Origin: Minisyncoccota bacterium
Lineage (GTDB): Bacteria > Patescibacteriota > Minisyncoccia > Phycocordibacterales > JABAAK01
Direction of reading: 5' to 3'
Assembly (NCBI GenBank): GCA_958295675.1
Contig: OY282360.1
Location: 530,026-594,025 of the forward strand
Length of the DNA stretch: 64,000 nucleotides
The notes under the pieces are model-generated. The model worked only from the letters and a program-made list of their open reading frames with translations. It had not been told where the DNA came from and ran no database searches. A program made the translations under genes and the position numbers. The first letter of the stretch is position 1; each line of letters opens with the position of its first letter. Of the stretch, positions 9,353 through 18,550 are shown one piece after another.

Positions 9353-10903
9353 ATGGATATAAGATTTGTGTTGTATAGTACCAATATGAAAGCAGCAACA
9401 GAACAAGTAATAACATCACAGGACTATATCACAGCACAGGATATTATTGATTCAATACCGTACCAAATACCCATCAATGACAGACAAACGATAGAAAAAG
9501 CATGCGCATTTGTAAAAAAAAAGCATGAAAGACAGAAACGATATTCCGGTCTTCCCTATTACACACACGCCTTTGAAGTCGGAAAACTCATTGCGGAAGC
9601 AAATATGCCCATTAATATCATCATCGCCGGAATCCTCCACGACACGATAGAGGATACTGATACGACCGCTGCAGATATAGAAAAAGAATTTAACAAAGAA
9701 ACAGCATTCCTCGTGGAGAGCGTGAGTCATCTCGGTGAAGTACGCTATCAAGGATTGGATATACGGGTCAAATCACTCCAAAAACTATTTGTGGCAACAT
9801 CAAAAGATTTACGCGTCATCATCATAAAACTGATGGATCGGCTGCACAACATGCGAACACTTGATGCCGTTCCGGCAGAAAAACAAAAACGCATTGCCAA
9901 AGAAACACAATTGGTATATGTACCGCTTGCCGCTCGCCTTGGCATGGGTACTTTAAAAACAGAATTGGAAGAACTGGCATTCAGGCATATTGATCGAAAA
10001 ACATACAACATGCTGAAAGAAAAAATTAACACGGTAATCGGGTCAATATCAATGAAAGATATGGAAAGAAAAATGAGTGATGTTCTTTTGTCCGAAGGAG
10101 TTACTAATGTCAGCATAACATCAAGGATAAAAAACGCATACAGCACATACATGAAAATGAAGTATAAAAAATGCTCTTTTGAACAAATCCAGGATATCAT
10201 CGCGCTCCGCGTCATCGTTGATGACATACCGACCGCATACCATGTGTTAGGCATCATTCACGCGCATTGGCGCCCGATACCGGGAACATTCAAGGATTAT
10301 ATATCTCTGCCGAAACCGAACGGTTATCGCACGCTTCACACCAGAATACTCATTGACCAACACATTCTTGAAATACACATCCTGACTTACAGTATGTATC
10401 AGCACGCCCAATTCGGCATCGCCGCGCATTTTCATTATAAGGAAAAAAGAATAGGAATCGCCGGTATTGAACTGCAATGGTTTGACAAATTACTTGCTCA
10501 CAAAAAAACAGAACCGACAAAAAAACAACTCCCATGGCTGGAGCGAACTGCCGAACTTCACCAAAAAGAGAACGATAATGAGTCATCATTTGTTGAAAAT
10601 ATGCAGGTGGATTTCCTGCAGGAACGCATGTTTATATTCACACCAAAAGGTGAAACGGTTGACTTACCGCGAAAGGCGACTGCTCTTGATTTCGCGTTTG
10701 CTATTCACAGCGACATAGGAACACATGCGGAAGGTGCCTTTATCAACGGCAAATACACCTCACTAAGGCAGGAATTAAAAAACGGTGATATTGTCAGGAT
10801 AAAAGCAGCAAAAATACCGAAGGCGACAAAAAAATGGCTGGAATGGGTAAAAACAGCGGAAGCGCGTTCAGAAATCCGCCAGTTTATAAAGAAAAATTCT
10901 TAA
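9353..10903 (+). CDS. rel: bifunctional (p)ppGpp synthetase/hydrolase, short RelA/SpoT homologue (HD + synthetase + TGS, no ACT)
   Basis: HD-domain motifs (HDTIEDT, DRLHNMRTL), synthetase motifs (ALRVIV, GYRTLHTRI, EIHILT...AAHFHYKE) and a TGS domain (IFTPKGETVDLPRKATALDFAFAIHSDIG). The true start may be M at 9386. Confidence 0.8.
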   Translation: MDIRFVLYSTNMKAATEQVITSQDYITAQDIIDSIPYQIPINDRQTIEKACAFVKKKHERQKRYSGLPYYTHAFEVGKLIAEANMPINIIIAGILHDTIEDTDTTAADIEKEFNKETAFLVESVSHLGEVRYQGLDIRVKSLQKLFVATSKDLRVIIIKLMDRLHNMRTLDAVPAEKQKRIAKETQLVYVPLAARLGMGTLKTELEELAFRHIDRKTYNMLKEKINTVIGSISMKDMERKMSDVLLSEGVTNVSITSRIKNAYSTYMKMKYKKCSFEQIQDIIALRVIVDDIPTAYHVLGIIHAHWRPIPGTFKDYISLPKPNGYRTLHTRILIDQHILEIHILTYSMYQHAQFGIAAHFHYKEKRIGIAGIELQWFDKLLAHKKTEPTKKQLPWLERTAELHQKENDNESSFVENMQVDFLQERMFIFTPKGETVDLPRKATALDFAFAIHSDIGTHAEGAFINGKYTSLRQELKNGDIVRIKAAKIPKATKKWLEWVKTAEARSEIRQFIKKNS

Positions 10904-11855
10904 AAGTGTACATATCATCCTCTTCGCTCTCCCCATCCGAATCATTACCATCCTCATCAGGATAAAACGCATTATCGCTATCCTCGGGTATCGGTATATC
11001 CTGAACAGTACTCGCGCTAATCTGCTGCGCGCGCAATCGGTCAACAATACCTTTCAAATCATCACCGGAAAAATAATCAATGACAATTTTTCCGCCGTTC
11101 TCACCTTGCGACTGAATATACACCCTCGTGTCCAGCAACCCCTCTATAACCGATTGCACTTCTTCTATATACGGGTCGCCGTTTTTCTTGCGCACGCGAT
11201 CGGATGCCTGCCGGCGGGCTATAATCTCTGATTCCCGCACGGTAATTCTCCGCTGTAGTATCTCATCAAACAATGTCCGCTGTTTCTGCGGATCGTCCAC
11301 CAACATCAGCAGCGGACGGGTATGCCCCTCGGAAATCTTGCCGTCAATGACGGCCTGAATAATGTCATCAGCAAGGGTTAACAGTCGCAAACTATTTGAA
11401 ATATATTCCCGGCTCCTGCTCATACGGTGTGCGACCTCTGTGTGTGTCATAGAAAATTCGTCAATTAACCGCCGGAACGCGCGCGCGCGATCTATAGGAT
11501 TCAAATCCTCCCGCTGCAGATTCTCTATAATAGCGAGTTCAAGACGCACATTATCATCCTGTATATCAGAACGAATCACCGCGGGGATTTGCAGCAGTCC
11601 CGCGATTTTTGAAGCGCGTAAACGCCGCTCTCCGGCGATAAGTTCATACCGGACGGACATGTCGCCGGAATCGGCAAGTGCCTCTTTTTTTGTTACCACC
11701 AACGGCTGCAAAACACCGTATCGGCGAATTGACTGCGCTAAATCATCTAATTTACCGTCCGCAAACTCTTTCCGTGGCTGAAATGGATTCGGATCAATCT
11801 TTTCAACTGCAATCCAAAAAACAGATAGCGAAGGGGTGCCGGGTGTTTCATCCAT
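10884..11855 (-). CDS. parB: ParB/Spo0J chromosome partitioning protein
   Basis: ParB box GERRLRASKIAGL, HTH region and C-terminal dimerisation region. Confidence 0.8.
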   Translation of the reverse strand: MDETPGTPSLSVFWIAVEKIDPNPFQPRKEFADGKLDDLAQSIRRYGVLQPLVVTKKEALADSGDMSVRYELIAGERRLRASKIAGLLQIPAVIRSDIQDDNVRLELAIIENLQREDLNPIDRARAFRRLIDEFSMTHTEVAHRMSRSREYISNSLRLLTLADDIIQAVIDGKISEGHTRPLLMLVDDPQKQRTLFDEILQRRITVRESEIIARRQASDRVRKKNGDPYIEEVQSVIEGLLDTRVYIQSQGENGGKIVIDYFSGDDLKGIVDRLRAQQISASTVQDIPIPEDSDNAFYPDEDGNDSDGESEEDDMYTFKNFSL

Positions 11856-11952
11856 ACAAAATCAGTATACAATATATACTACGGATGCGGTACAAATACA
11901 ATACAATTGACGCGTGTCGGATAACAATACCCGCCGTTACAGCACGCTGAAT

Positions 11953-12024
11953 GGGTCTATAGTTTAATTGGTAAAATAGCGGTCTCCAAAACCGCCGTTC
12001 CAGGTTCAAGTCCTGGTGGACCCG
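11953..12024 (+). tRNA. tRNA-Trp (anticodon CCA)
   Basis: Folded by hand. Acceptor GGGTCTA/TGGACCC. Anticodon stem GCGGT/ACCGC with loop CTCCAAA. T-arm CCAGG-TTCAAGT-CCTGG. Discriminator G, no encoded CCA. Confidence 0.75.
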
Positions 12025-12059
12025 CTAAAATGCGCCGGATACCATATACCGCCGTCTTT

Positions 12060-12959
12060 TCAGACATGCGCATACACATCATCAAGGTATCTATACATAT
12101 CCTTGAACTCATGCTCTTGAAACCACATTGCCCCGGAATATCGCCGCCACCAGGTCTCCTGCCGTTTCGCATACGCGACAGTCGCGCGTAATAGATTGGT
12201 ATAGGTATCTTCTTTAGACACACCTTGCGTGAACATTCTGCTGACATGCCGGCATTCAAGTCCGAGCCCGTCCAACCAGTCAGGGTCAATGCCTGTATCC
12301 AGCAAATTACGCACTTCATCTATCATCGCATCAAAACGCGCATCAAGCCGCAGAGCAATCCGCTCGCGCACATGCTTCCTGCTGTGCTTGATACCGACTA
12401 TTTTGTGCGCGTACCGCTCACGCCGCTCTTGCGGAACAAATCTACCGAATGAACGAATCACTTCAAGCGCGCGAATAACACGACGAGGGTTGTGCGTATC
12501 CACCCGATCATACGCTTTTGAATCCTTCTCCCGCAATTCCCGCACCAATGAATCTCTGTCTCTGTGTTCCAATTCCCTACGATATGACGGATCAGACGGT
12601 GCATTACTCATTGAGCCGTCAAAGAGCAGGGTGTCAATATAAAAACCAGTACCGCCGGCAACAATAGGAATCGAACCGCGCGTATATATATCCGCTATGT
12701 GCCGCGAAGCGGCATCAACAAATAAATGCGCATTATATGACTCACCGGGCGGCACAACATCAAGCATGTGATGAGGAACACCGCGCATTTCCTCCTCGGA
12801 AATCTTACCGGTGGTGTAAAACAGTGATTGGTATACCTGCCTTGAATCGGCAGATATAACTTCCCCGCCATAGCGCAACGCAAGATCAACCGCTAAATCA
12901 CTCTTACCGCTCGCGGTCGGTCCGATAATAACAAGCAACGGAGGATACTGCTGCGACAT
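12060..12959 (-). CDS. miaA: tRNA dimethylallyltransferase
   Basis: P-loop LLVIIGPTASGKS with IPVTP-transferase body. Start taken at the internal M (MSQQYPP) rather than the ORF-track extension. Confidence 0.8.
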   Translation of the reverse strand: MSQQYPPLLVIIGPTASGKSDLAVDLALRYGGEVISADSRQVYQSLFYTTGKISEEEMRGVPHHMLDVVPPGESYNAHLFVDAASRHIADIYTRGSIPIVAGGTGFYIDTLLFDGSMSNAPSDPSYRRELEHRDRDSLVRELREKDSKAYDRVDTHNPRRVIRALEVIRSFGRFVPQERRERYAHKIVGIKHSRKHVRERIALRLDARFDAMIDEVRNLLDTGIDPDWLDGLGLECRHVSRMFTQGVSKEDTYTNLLRATVAYAKRQETWWRRYSGAMWFQEHEFKDMYRYLDDVYAHV

Positions 12960-13047
12960 ATATACCATAAGTATAATACATATATTTCTAACACTCATGC
13001 TACCAACAATTGATGCTGATAAAATTTTTACTTTTCTCTTTAATAAG

Positions 13048-13075
13048 TTGACAAAATATAGTTTTTATCTATAAT
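13048..13075 (+). promoter_or_regulatory. consensus sigma70 promoter (TTGACA-16-TATAAT) for secreted-protein gene 1
   Basis: TTGACA at 13048-13053 and TATAAT at 13070-13075. The identical block recurs at 13964-13991. Confidence 0.6.
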
Positions 13076-13138
13076 ATATACTAGGAGTGGAGGAGTATAA
13101 CAACTCTTTCATTGTTACACTTAAAGGAGCAACACACA

Positions 13139-13830
13139 TGGGTCGTAAGACACCTTTCATCATCGTTGCGCTTGTCATGGCAATGAGCGGTTGGACCGCT
13201 CTCGCTGAGGACAAGGGTACCGATACCGATGCCAGCACCGCAGAAGTTGAAAGCGGACATACCGCTGTGGACAACGGTACCGACGCCAGAGGCGACTTCG
13301 TTCAGCATCGGGTAGACCAGGTTTCCAGTTTCGCCGAAGCATTGGCGAACATGTATCCGGACAATCGGGTAGACCAGGTTTCCAGTTTCGCCGAAGCATT
13401 GGCGAACATGTATCCGGACAATCGGGTAGACGCGGTTTCCAGTTTCGCTGAAGTATTGGCGAACATGAATCTGGATCTGGAGAAGTCCTGTTTGTCCAGT
13501 ACCTCTCTTTCTCCGCCTGCCGCACAGAAGCACGCGGAGAATTGGCAGAAGTTGGTTGATTCGGGTGCCGACATCGATGTGTCGGACATAACGTTTCAAG
13601 TGTTTCTTGCCACCATGGACAGCAGCACGCGCGATGTTCAGTGTTTCCCAAGAAATTGTCCATGGTCACATGAGGAAATTGATTGGGATGACGGCGACGA
13701 CAGACTCGCCTATGTCCGGTGGATGGCAAATGCCAGTACCGAGGATTTGAAGGCCTGTCTCAGCGGCACGGAGATTACTCCGCTTGCGGCGCAAACGCAC
13801 GCAGAGAACTGGTTGGTGGCGGCAGAGTAA
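13139..13830 (+). CDS. small secreted repeat protein (paralogue 1)
   Basis: AAAGGAG Shine-Dalgarno precedes the ATG at 13139. Signal peptide MGRKTPFIIVALVMAMSGWTALA. Three 20-aa tandem repeats (RVDQVSSFAEALANMYPDN). Conserved C-terminus shared with 14055..14621. Confidence 0.65.
13302..13470. repeat. 60-bp tandem repeat x3 inside the secreted-protein gene
   Basis: catcgggtagaccaggtttccagtttcgccgaagcattggcgaacatgtatccggacaat repeated with 1-2 substitutions. Confidence 0.8.
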
Positions 13831-13844
13831 TCATCCCCCCATTA

Positions 13845-13884
13845 AACCCAATAGGAGTCCGCTCCTGTTGGGTTTATTTTTTTT
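13845..13884 (+). terminator. rho-independent terminator
   Basis: AAACCCAATAGGAG-tccgc-CTCCTGTTGGGTTT followed by a T9 run. Confidence 0.8.
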
Positions 13885-13963
13885 AATATTAGTCGTGCGC
13901 GTCTGCCCGTGCCGTCAATCTCTGATTGACGCTGACAGAGTTTTTTACTTTTCTCTTTAATAA

Positions 13964-13991
13964 GTTGACAAAATATAGTTTTTATCTATAA
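13964..13991 (+). promoter_or_regulatory. consensus sigma70 promoter, second copy
   Basis: TTGACA 13964-13969, 16-nt spacer, TATAAT 13986-13991. Confidence 0.6.
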
Positions 13992-14054
13992 TATATATTA
14001 GGAGTGGAGGAGTATAACAACTCCTTCATTGTTACACTTAAAGGAGCAACACAC

Positions 14055-14621
14055 ATGGGTCGTAAGACACCTTTCATCATCGTTGCGCTTGTCATGGCAA
14101 TGAGCGGTTGGACCGCTTTCGCCGAGGACAAGAGTACCGATACCGATGCCAGCACCGCAGAAGTTGAAAGCGGACACACCACGGACAATGTGGAAAAGGA
14201 GACCAACAAAGTCCAGGACGACTCGGACGAGATCATTTTCGCTGAAGTATTGGCGAACATGAATCTGGATCTGGAGAAGTCCAAGGCATGCCTCTCCAGC
14301 ACCACTTTTTCTGGTGAATACAAGGAGTACCCTTCTGAGGACTTTGTGAAGTTGATAGAGGGTGCTGTTGATTTGGACACATCGTTTCAAGTGTTTCTTG
14401 CCATCATGGAAAGCAGCACGCGCGATGTTCAGTGTTTCCCAAGAAATTGTCCATGGTCACATGAGGAAATTGATTGGGATGACGACGACGACAGACTCGC
14501 CTATGCCCGGTGGATGGCAAATGCCAGTGCCGAGGATGTGAAAGCGTGCCTCAGCTCTACCGTTATTACTCCGCTTGCGACGCAAACGCACGCAGAGAAC
14601 TGGTTGGCGGCGGCAGAGTAA
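14055..14621 (+). CDS. small secreted protein (paralogue 2)
   Basis: Same Shine-Dalgarno, signal peptide and C-terminal ~70 aa (DVQCFPRNCPWSHEEIDWDDDDDRLAYARWMANASAEDVKACLSSTVITPLATQTHAENWLAAAE) as paralogue 1. Confidence 0.65.
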   Translation: MGRKTPFIIVALVMAMSGWTAFAEDKSTDTDASTAEVESGHTTDNVEKETNKVQDDSDEIIFAEVLANMNLDLEKSKACLSSTTFSGEYKEYPSEDFVKLIEGAVDLDTSFQVFLAIMESSTRDVQCFPRNCPWSHEEIDWDDDDDRLAYARWMANASAEDVKACLSSTVITPLATQTHAENWLAAAE

Positions 14622-14634
14622 TCATCCCCCCATT

Positions 14635-14674
14635 AAACCCAATAGGAGTCCGCTCCTGTTGGGTTTATTTTTTT
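14635..14674 (+). terminator. rho-independent terminator (copy of 13845..13884)
   Basis: Identical hairpin plus T-run. Confidence 0.8.
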
Positions 14675-14759
14675 AATATTAGTCATGCGCGTCTGCCCGT
14701 GCCGTCAATCTCTGATTGACGCTGACGGATAGTCGCCACGGAGTGGCGGAATGATGGGG

Positions 14760-14826
14760 TGCCGGAGGCGGGAGTTGAACCCGCACACCCGAAGGTACAC
14801 GATTTTGAGTCGTGCGCGTCTGCCCG
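14760..14826 (-). pseudogene. partial tRNA-Leu(CAA) copy (3' two-thirds, from D-loop to discriminator)
   Basis: Identical to the 14887..14954 part of the intact gene. The 5' acceptor/D-stem is replaced by the 29-nt element cgtgccgtcaatctctgattgacgctgac. Confidence 0.7.
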
Positions 14827-14886
14827 TGCCGTCAATCTCTGATTGACGCTGACGGATAGTCGCCACGGAGTGGCGGAATGATGGGG

Positions 14887-14968
14887 TGCCGGAGGCGGGA
14901 GTTGAACCCGCACACCCGAAGGTACACGATTTTGAGTCGTGCGCGTCTGCCAATTCCGCCACTCCGGC
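14887..14968 (-). tRNA. tRNA-Leu (anticodon CAA)
   Basis: Reverse complement folds as GCCGGAG acceptor with anticodon stem CACGA/TCGTG and loop CTCAAAA. Long variable arm. T-arm GCGGG-TTCAACT-CCCGC. Discriminator A. Confidence 0.8.
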
Positions 14969-15006
14969 ATATAAAACAGTATAACAAACAGATATAGCAC
15001 TTCCTT

Positions 15007-17304
15007 CTACCGTACTTCAAACCCGTTTTTTTGCAGCACAGCATTCAATGCTTCCATACATACATTCACTGTGGAATCATCAAGAGTTCTGTCATCCGAT
15101 TGGAACACAAGACGAAACGCATACGATACTTTTCCGTCTTTTTCAAAGGTATCAAACATATTCACACGGCGCAGGTATTCACCGCCGTGTTCCCGGAGCA
15201 GATGTTCTGTCTGTTCTACCGTCGTGCCGTCCGGAACAAATACAGCAATATCCCGCAACACAAACGGAAACGGAGAAAACGGCGTATAGCGCACACGACC
15301 GATAACCGGAGGAAAATCATACGCATCCGGTTCAAGCGGCACTTCATCAAGCGGCACTTCCCAAACACCACCATCAAAACCGCCGGGAATAGGAAGTGCC
15401 TTCTTTATACTCTTTTCTATCTCCTTGATATCAGGCCCCGATCTGCCGAGTGTCGCGGTAATGCCGAGTGCAAGATGTATACTCTCACCACGCTCTGTAA
15501 ATACAGAACCAATCTCCATAATACGAATATCAGACACCCCGAGTAATTCTCCGACATAGGCATTTCTTTCAAGGGCTTCCTCAATCCCTTTTCTCAGGTC
15601 AGTACGCAGACACCCTTTATCCGCAGCGACAGGATGCGAAACACATACATCACCTTTCTCAAAGAATGAATGGGTAATCACTTCAGAAAAACCAAAAACA
15701 CGCAACGACTTCACAAGGGCAAGATGCTTCGCGAATATCGGCTCAACAGATTGCTCGCTTTGTGATGGTATAGCGGTCGGAGCGGCGCTCGGCACTGTGT
15801 CATAACCGAGTATTCTGCCGACTTCTTCAGTTAAATCAAACGCATTCCGTATATCAGGTCGTTCAACCGGCACAGTCACAACAAAACGCCTTTCATTATC
15901 CCAAATACTCGCCGCATATAGCATGCGTTTCCGGTCAAATTTCTTTGTCACCACGGCATTCGCACCGCTGCTTCCTTCCGCTTCAACAATGGTATCAGCA
16001 TCCAAAAGAACAGCGACATGATTAAATCCTGTCTTGACCGATCCGGGAGAGACAGGGTACCCCGATTCATACACCGATTCCGTGTGCAACGGAAGATTCC
16101 TGTCATCCGACTCCATGAAAATAAGATCGCCCGGACGGGGGTCAGTAACCTCAGCAGCGGAAAGAAATTGATTAACGGATATGCGCGGAATAGATTTTCC
16201 CGCACGCGACGCGCACCAGCAAACGAGCGATGAGCAATCAAAAGCATCGGGGGCATCTTTAGTAACAGACGCTCCCCACTTATACGGCTTGCCTGTCTGC
16301 GCTTTCACTGTTTCAATGAACAATGCGCGCGGGTCTTCATATGTGTGCGGCAATTGCAGTCGCTCAAGCGCGGCGCGCACATCCTCTTCAGTATGCGATG
16401 ATCCGAGTATAGCATTCACTTCGGCGACCGAGATGCCGGTCATCCGGCGGTGTCCGATCGGCACCCGCTTGCTGTCAAAAGAATCAACGATAGTACCGTG
16501 TTCACCGAAAACTTCTGCCGCACGATGAGCACTGTAACCGACAAGTTCCGGGGGAATATTCTGCGAAAATCGCAAGGAAGCATCCGAAACAAGATTGAGT
16601 CGTCGCATCGTGCGGCGGATAGTCGCGCCACGAAAGGTTGCTGATTCAATATAAATACTCTTCGTGTCCGGACTGACTCCGGTATCTTCCCCGCCCTTCA
16701 CACCGGCAAGCGCAACAACTCGGTCGGCATCAGTGATAACTATATCATCAGAAGAAAGCGTAACAGTGTCCCCGCCAAGCAGCGTGAGTGTTTCACCGTC
16801 ACGCGCTTGCCGCACACCGAACTCACCGGATACCTTTTCCGCGTCAAATGCGTGTATTGGCTGACCGATATCAAAAAGCACATAATTAGAGAGATCAACA
16901 ATCGGATTAATGCTCCGCTGCCCTATCGCCTCAAGCCGCAACCGTATCTCTTCGGGTGTTTCCTGCAATGACACATCATCAACTTTCATAATGGTATACC
17001 GATCACAGTACTCTGTCTGTATACACGCCGCCTCCCGCGCAAACTGAAACGGTTCCGTAAAATAGTGACGACGCATAGTCAGCGAAAAAACAGCAGCGAT
17101 TTCCTTCGCGACACCGTAATGTGCAAGACAATCAACCGACCGATTCGGCAGGATATCCAGTTCATACACGGTATCATCGCCGTTCCGCACTACATCCTCA
17201 ACCTCAAACGCATGCCGCATCAGACCGTCCGAAACTATATCCGGTGACGGCAACGGTTCGTTAAAAAATGATTGTAACCATGCGTGACTGTATATTCCCT
17301 TCAT
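15007..17304 (-). CDS. pheT: phenylalanine--tRNA ligase beta subunit with an inserted NlpC/P60 peptidase-like domain
   Basis: B3/B4, B5 and C-terminal FDX-ACB-like regions are recognisable. The start overlaps the pheS stop (ATGA). Residues ~352-503 of the ORF-track protein (nt ~15885-16338) carry PYKWGASVTKDAPDAFDCSSLV ... GDLIFMESDD ... FNHVAVLLDADTIVEAEGS. Confidence 0.8.
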   Translation of the reverse strand: MKGIYSHAWLQSFFNEPLPSPDIVSDGLMRHAFEVEDVVRNGDDTVYELDILPNRSVDCLAHYGVAKEIAAVFSLTMRRHYFTEPFQFAREAACIQTEYCDRYTIMKVDDVSLQETPEEIRLRLEAIGQRSINPIVDLSNYVLFDIGQPIHAFDAEKVSGEFGVRQARDGETLTLLGGDTVTLSSDDIVITDADRVVALAGVKGGEDTGVSPDTKSIYIESATFRGATIRRTMRRLNLVSDASLRFSQNIPPELVGYSAHRAAEVFGEHGTIVDSFDSKRVPIGHRRMTGISVAEVNAILGSSHTEEDVRAALERLQLPHTYEDPRALFIETVKAQTGKPYKWGASVTKDAPDAFDCSSLVCWCASRAGKSIPRISVNQFLSAAEVTDPRPGDLIFMESDDRNLPLHTESVYESGYPVSPGSVKTGFNHVAVLLDADTIVEAEGSSGANAVVTKKFDRKRMLYAASIWDNERRFVVTVPVERPDIRNAFDLTEEVGRILGYDTVPSAAPTAIPSQSEQSVEPIFAKHLALVKSLRVFGFSEVITHSFFEKGDVCVSHPVAADKGCLRTDLRKGIEEALERNAYVGELLGVSDIRIMEIGSVFTERGESIHLALGITATLGRSGPDIKEIEKSIKKALPIPGGFDGGVWEVPLDEVPLEPDAYDFPPVIGRVRYTPFSPFPFVLRDIAVFVPDGTTVEQTEHLLREHGGEYLRRVNMFDTFEKDGKVSYAFRLVFQSDDRTLDDSTVNVCMEALNAVLQKNGFEVR

Positions 17305-17305
17305 A

Positions 17306-18010
17306 CTAAAATTGATTAATAAAACGCAAATCAGCCCTGTAGAGCATACGCACATCATCAAATCGATAGCGCAGCATGGCAATACGATCAATTCCTATCC
17401 CAAAAGCGAATCCGCGGTATATCCGGGAATTAATACCGACACGAGAAAAAATATGCTGATGCACCATGCCGCATCCGAGTATCTCTATCCAATCCCGGTC
17501 GCCGACCCGCTTCATATCAACTTCCAAACTCGGTTCCGTAAACGGAAAGAAGCTCGGACGATAACGCATCTCAATATCATTTCCGAATATGCGACGCAGC
17601 ACGGTATCAAGAACACCCTTCATGTGCGCAAGCGAAGTGTCTTCGGTCACACACAACCCTTCAAGTTGATGAAACTGTGCACCATGTGTCGCATCGGTTG
17701 CCTCATTTCTGAACACCTTACCGGGTACAACAATACGGATTGGCGGCTGATGCGTTTCCATATACCGTACCTGCATCGGCGAAGTATGTGTACGAAGCAC
17801 TGCACCGGGACAACCTTTAATCCAAAAAGTGTCCTGCATTTCCCTGGCAGGATGGTCAGCTGAAACATTCAGCGCATCAAAGTTATAATATTCATCCTCC
17901 AATTCAGGACCGACTGCGACCGTATACCCAAGACCGTCAAAAATACTGACCAATTCACTGGTAATCGCAGTAATCGGATGAACACCCTTCTGTTTTCCGG
18001 TCGTTTCCAT
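17306..18010 (-). CDS. pheS: phenylalanine--tRNA ligase alpha subunit (short form)
   Basis: Class II aaRS motifs (FRNEATDATHGAQFHQLEG, GFAFGIGIDRIAMLRY). Confidence 0.85.
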   Translation of the reverse strand: METTGKQKGVHPITAITSELVSIFDGLGYTVAVGPELEDEYYNFDALNVSADHPAREMQDTFWIKGCPGAVLRTHTSPMQVRYMETHQPPIRIVVPGKVFRNEATDATHGAQFHQLEGLCVTEDTSLAHMKGVLDTVLRRIFGNDIEMRYRPSFFPFTEPSLEVDMKRVGDRDWIEILGCGMVHQHIFSRVGINSRIYRGFAFGIGIDRIAMLRYRFDDVRMLYRADLRFINQF

Positions 18011-18036
18011 ATACTATAATTCTAGTATATCACACC

Positions 18037-18492
18037 ATGAAAGTGCTACTGCTTGAAAATATACGAAGCATATTGAATGTCGGCAGTATATTCAGAACCG
18101 CTGATGCTGTCGGAGTGGAAGAAATACTATTAGTCGGCTACACACCCTCCCCGATTGACCGCATGGGAAGAAAAAACGAGAAATTAATTAAAACCGCACT
18201 CGGTGCGGAACAAACAGTGCAGTGGACACAATACAAAACCGTAACAGAAGCATTGCGGGAACGGAACAACCACACGCCAATTATCGTGGAGCAGACCGAC
18301 CGGGCGATACCGTACACCGAACTGAGTGTTACCAATCCGATATTTATATTCGGCAACGAAACAGAAGGTGTAACACAAGAAACGCATGACGCTGTGACAC
18401 AGCATATATATCTGCCGATGCGCGGAAAGAAAGAATCGCTCAATGTCGCTGTTTGCGCTGCTGTGATACTATATCACTTTTCAGAGTTATGA
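18037..18492 (+). CDS. SpoU/TrmH-family RNA 2'-O-methyltransferase
   Basis: SPOUT fold motifs (NVGSIFRTADAVG, IFGNETEGV, LNVAVCAAVILY). Confidence 0.7.
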   Translation: MKVLLLENIRSILNVGSIFRTADAVGVEEILLVGYTPSPIDRMGRKNEKLIKTALGAEQTVQWTQYKTVTEALRERNNHTPIIVEQTDRAIPYTELSVTNPIFIFGNETEGVTQETHDAVTQHIYLPMRGKKESLNVAVCAAVILYHFSEL

Positions 18493-18550
18493 GTATACAA
18501 AGTGCGCGCTATGCAGTATCCGGTTTCTAAAAAAGTGGAATTCTTTTCTG

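Noticed and set aside
15007-15546. Plus-strand ORFs opposite pheT (15031..15546 and others)
   Set aside because: They lie antisense to pheT. They are basic low-complexity with no Shine-Dalgarno.
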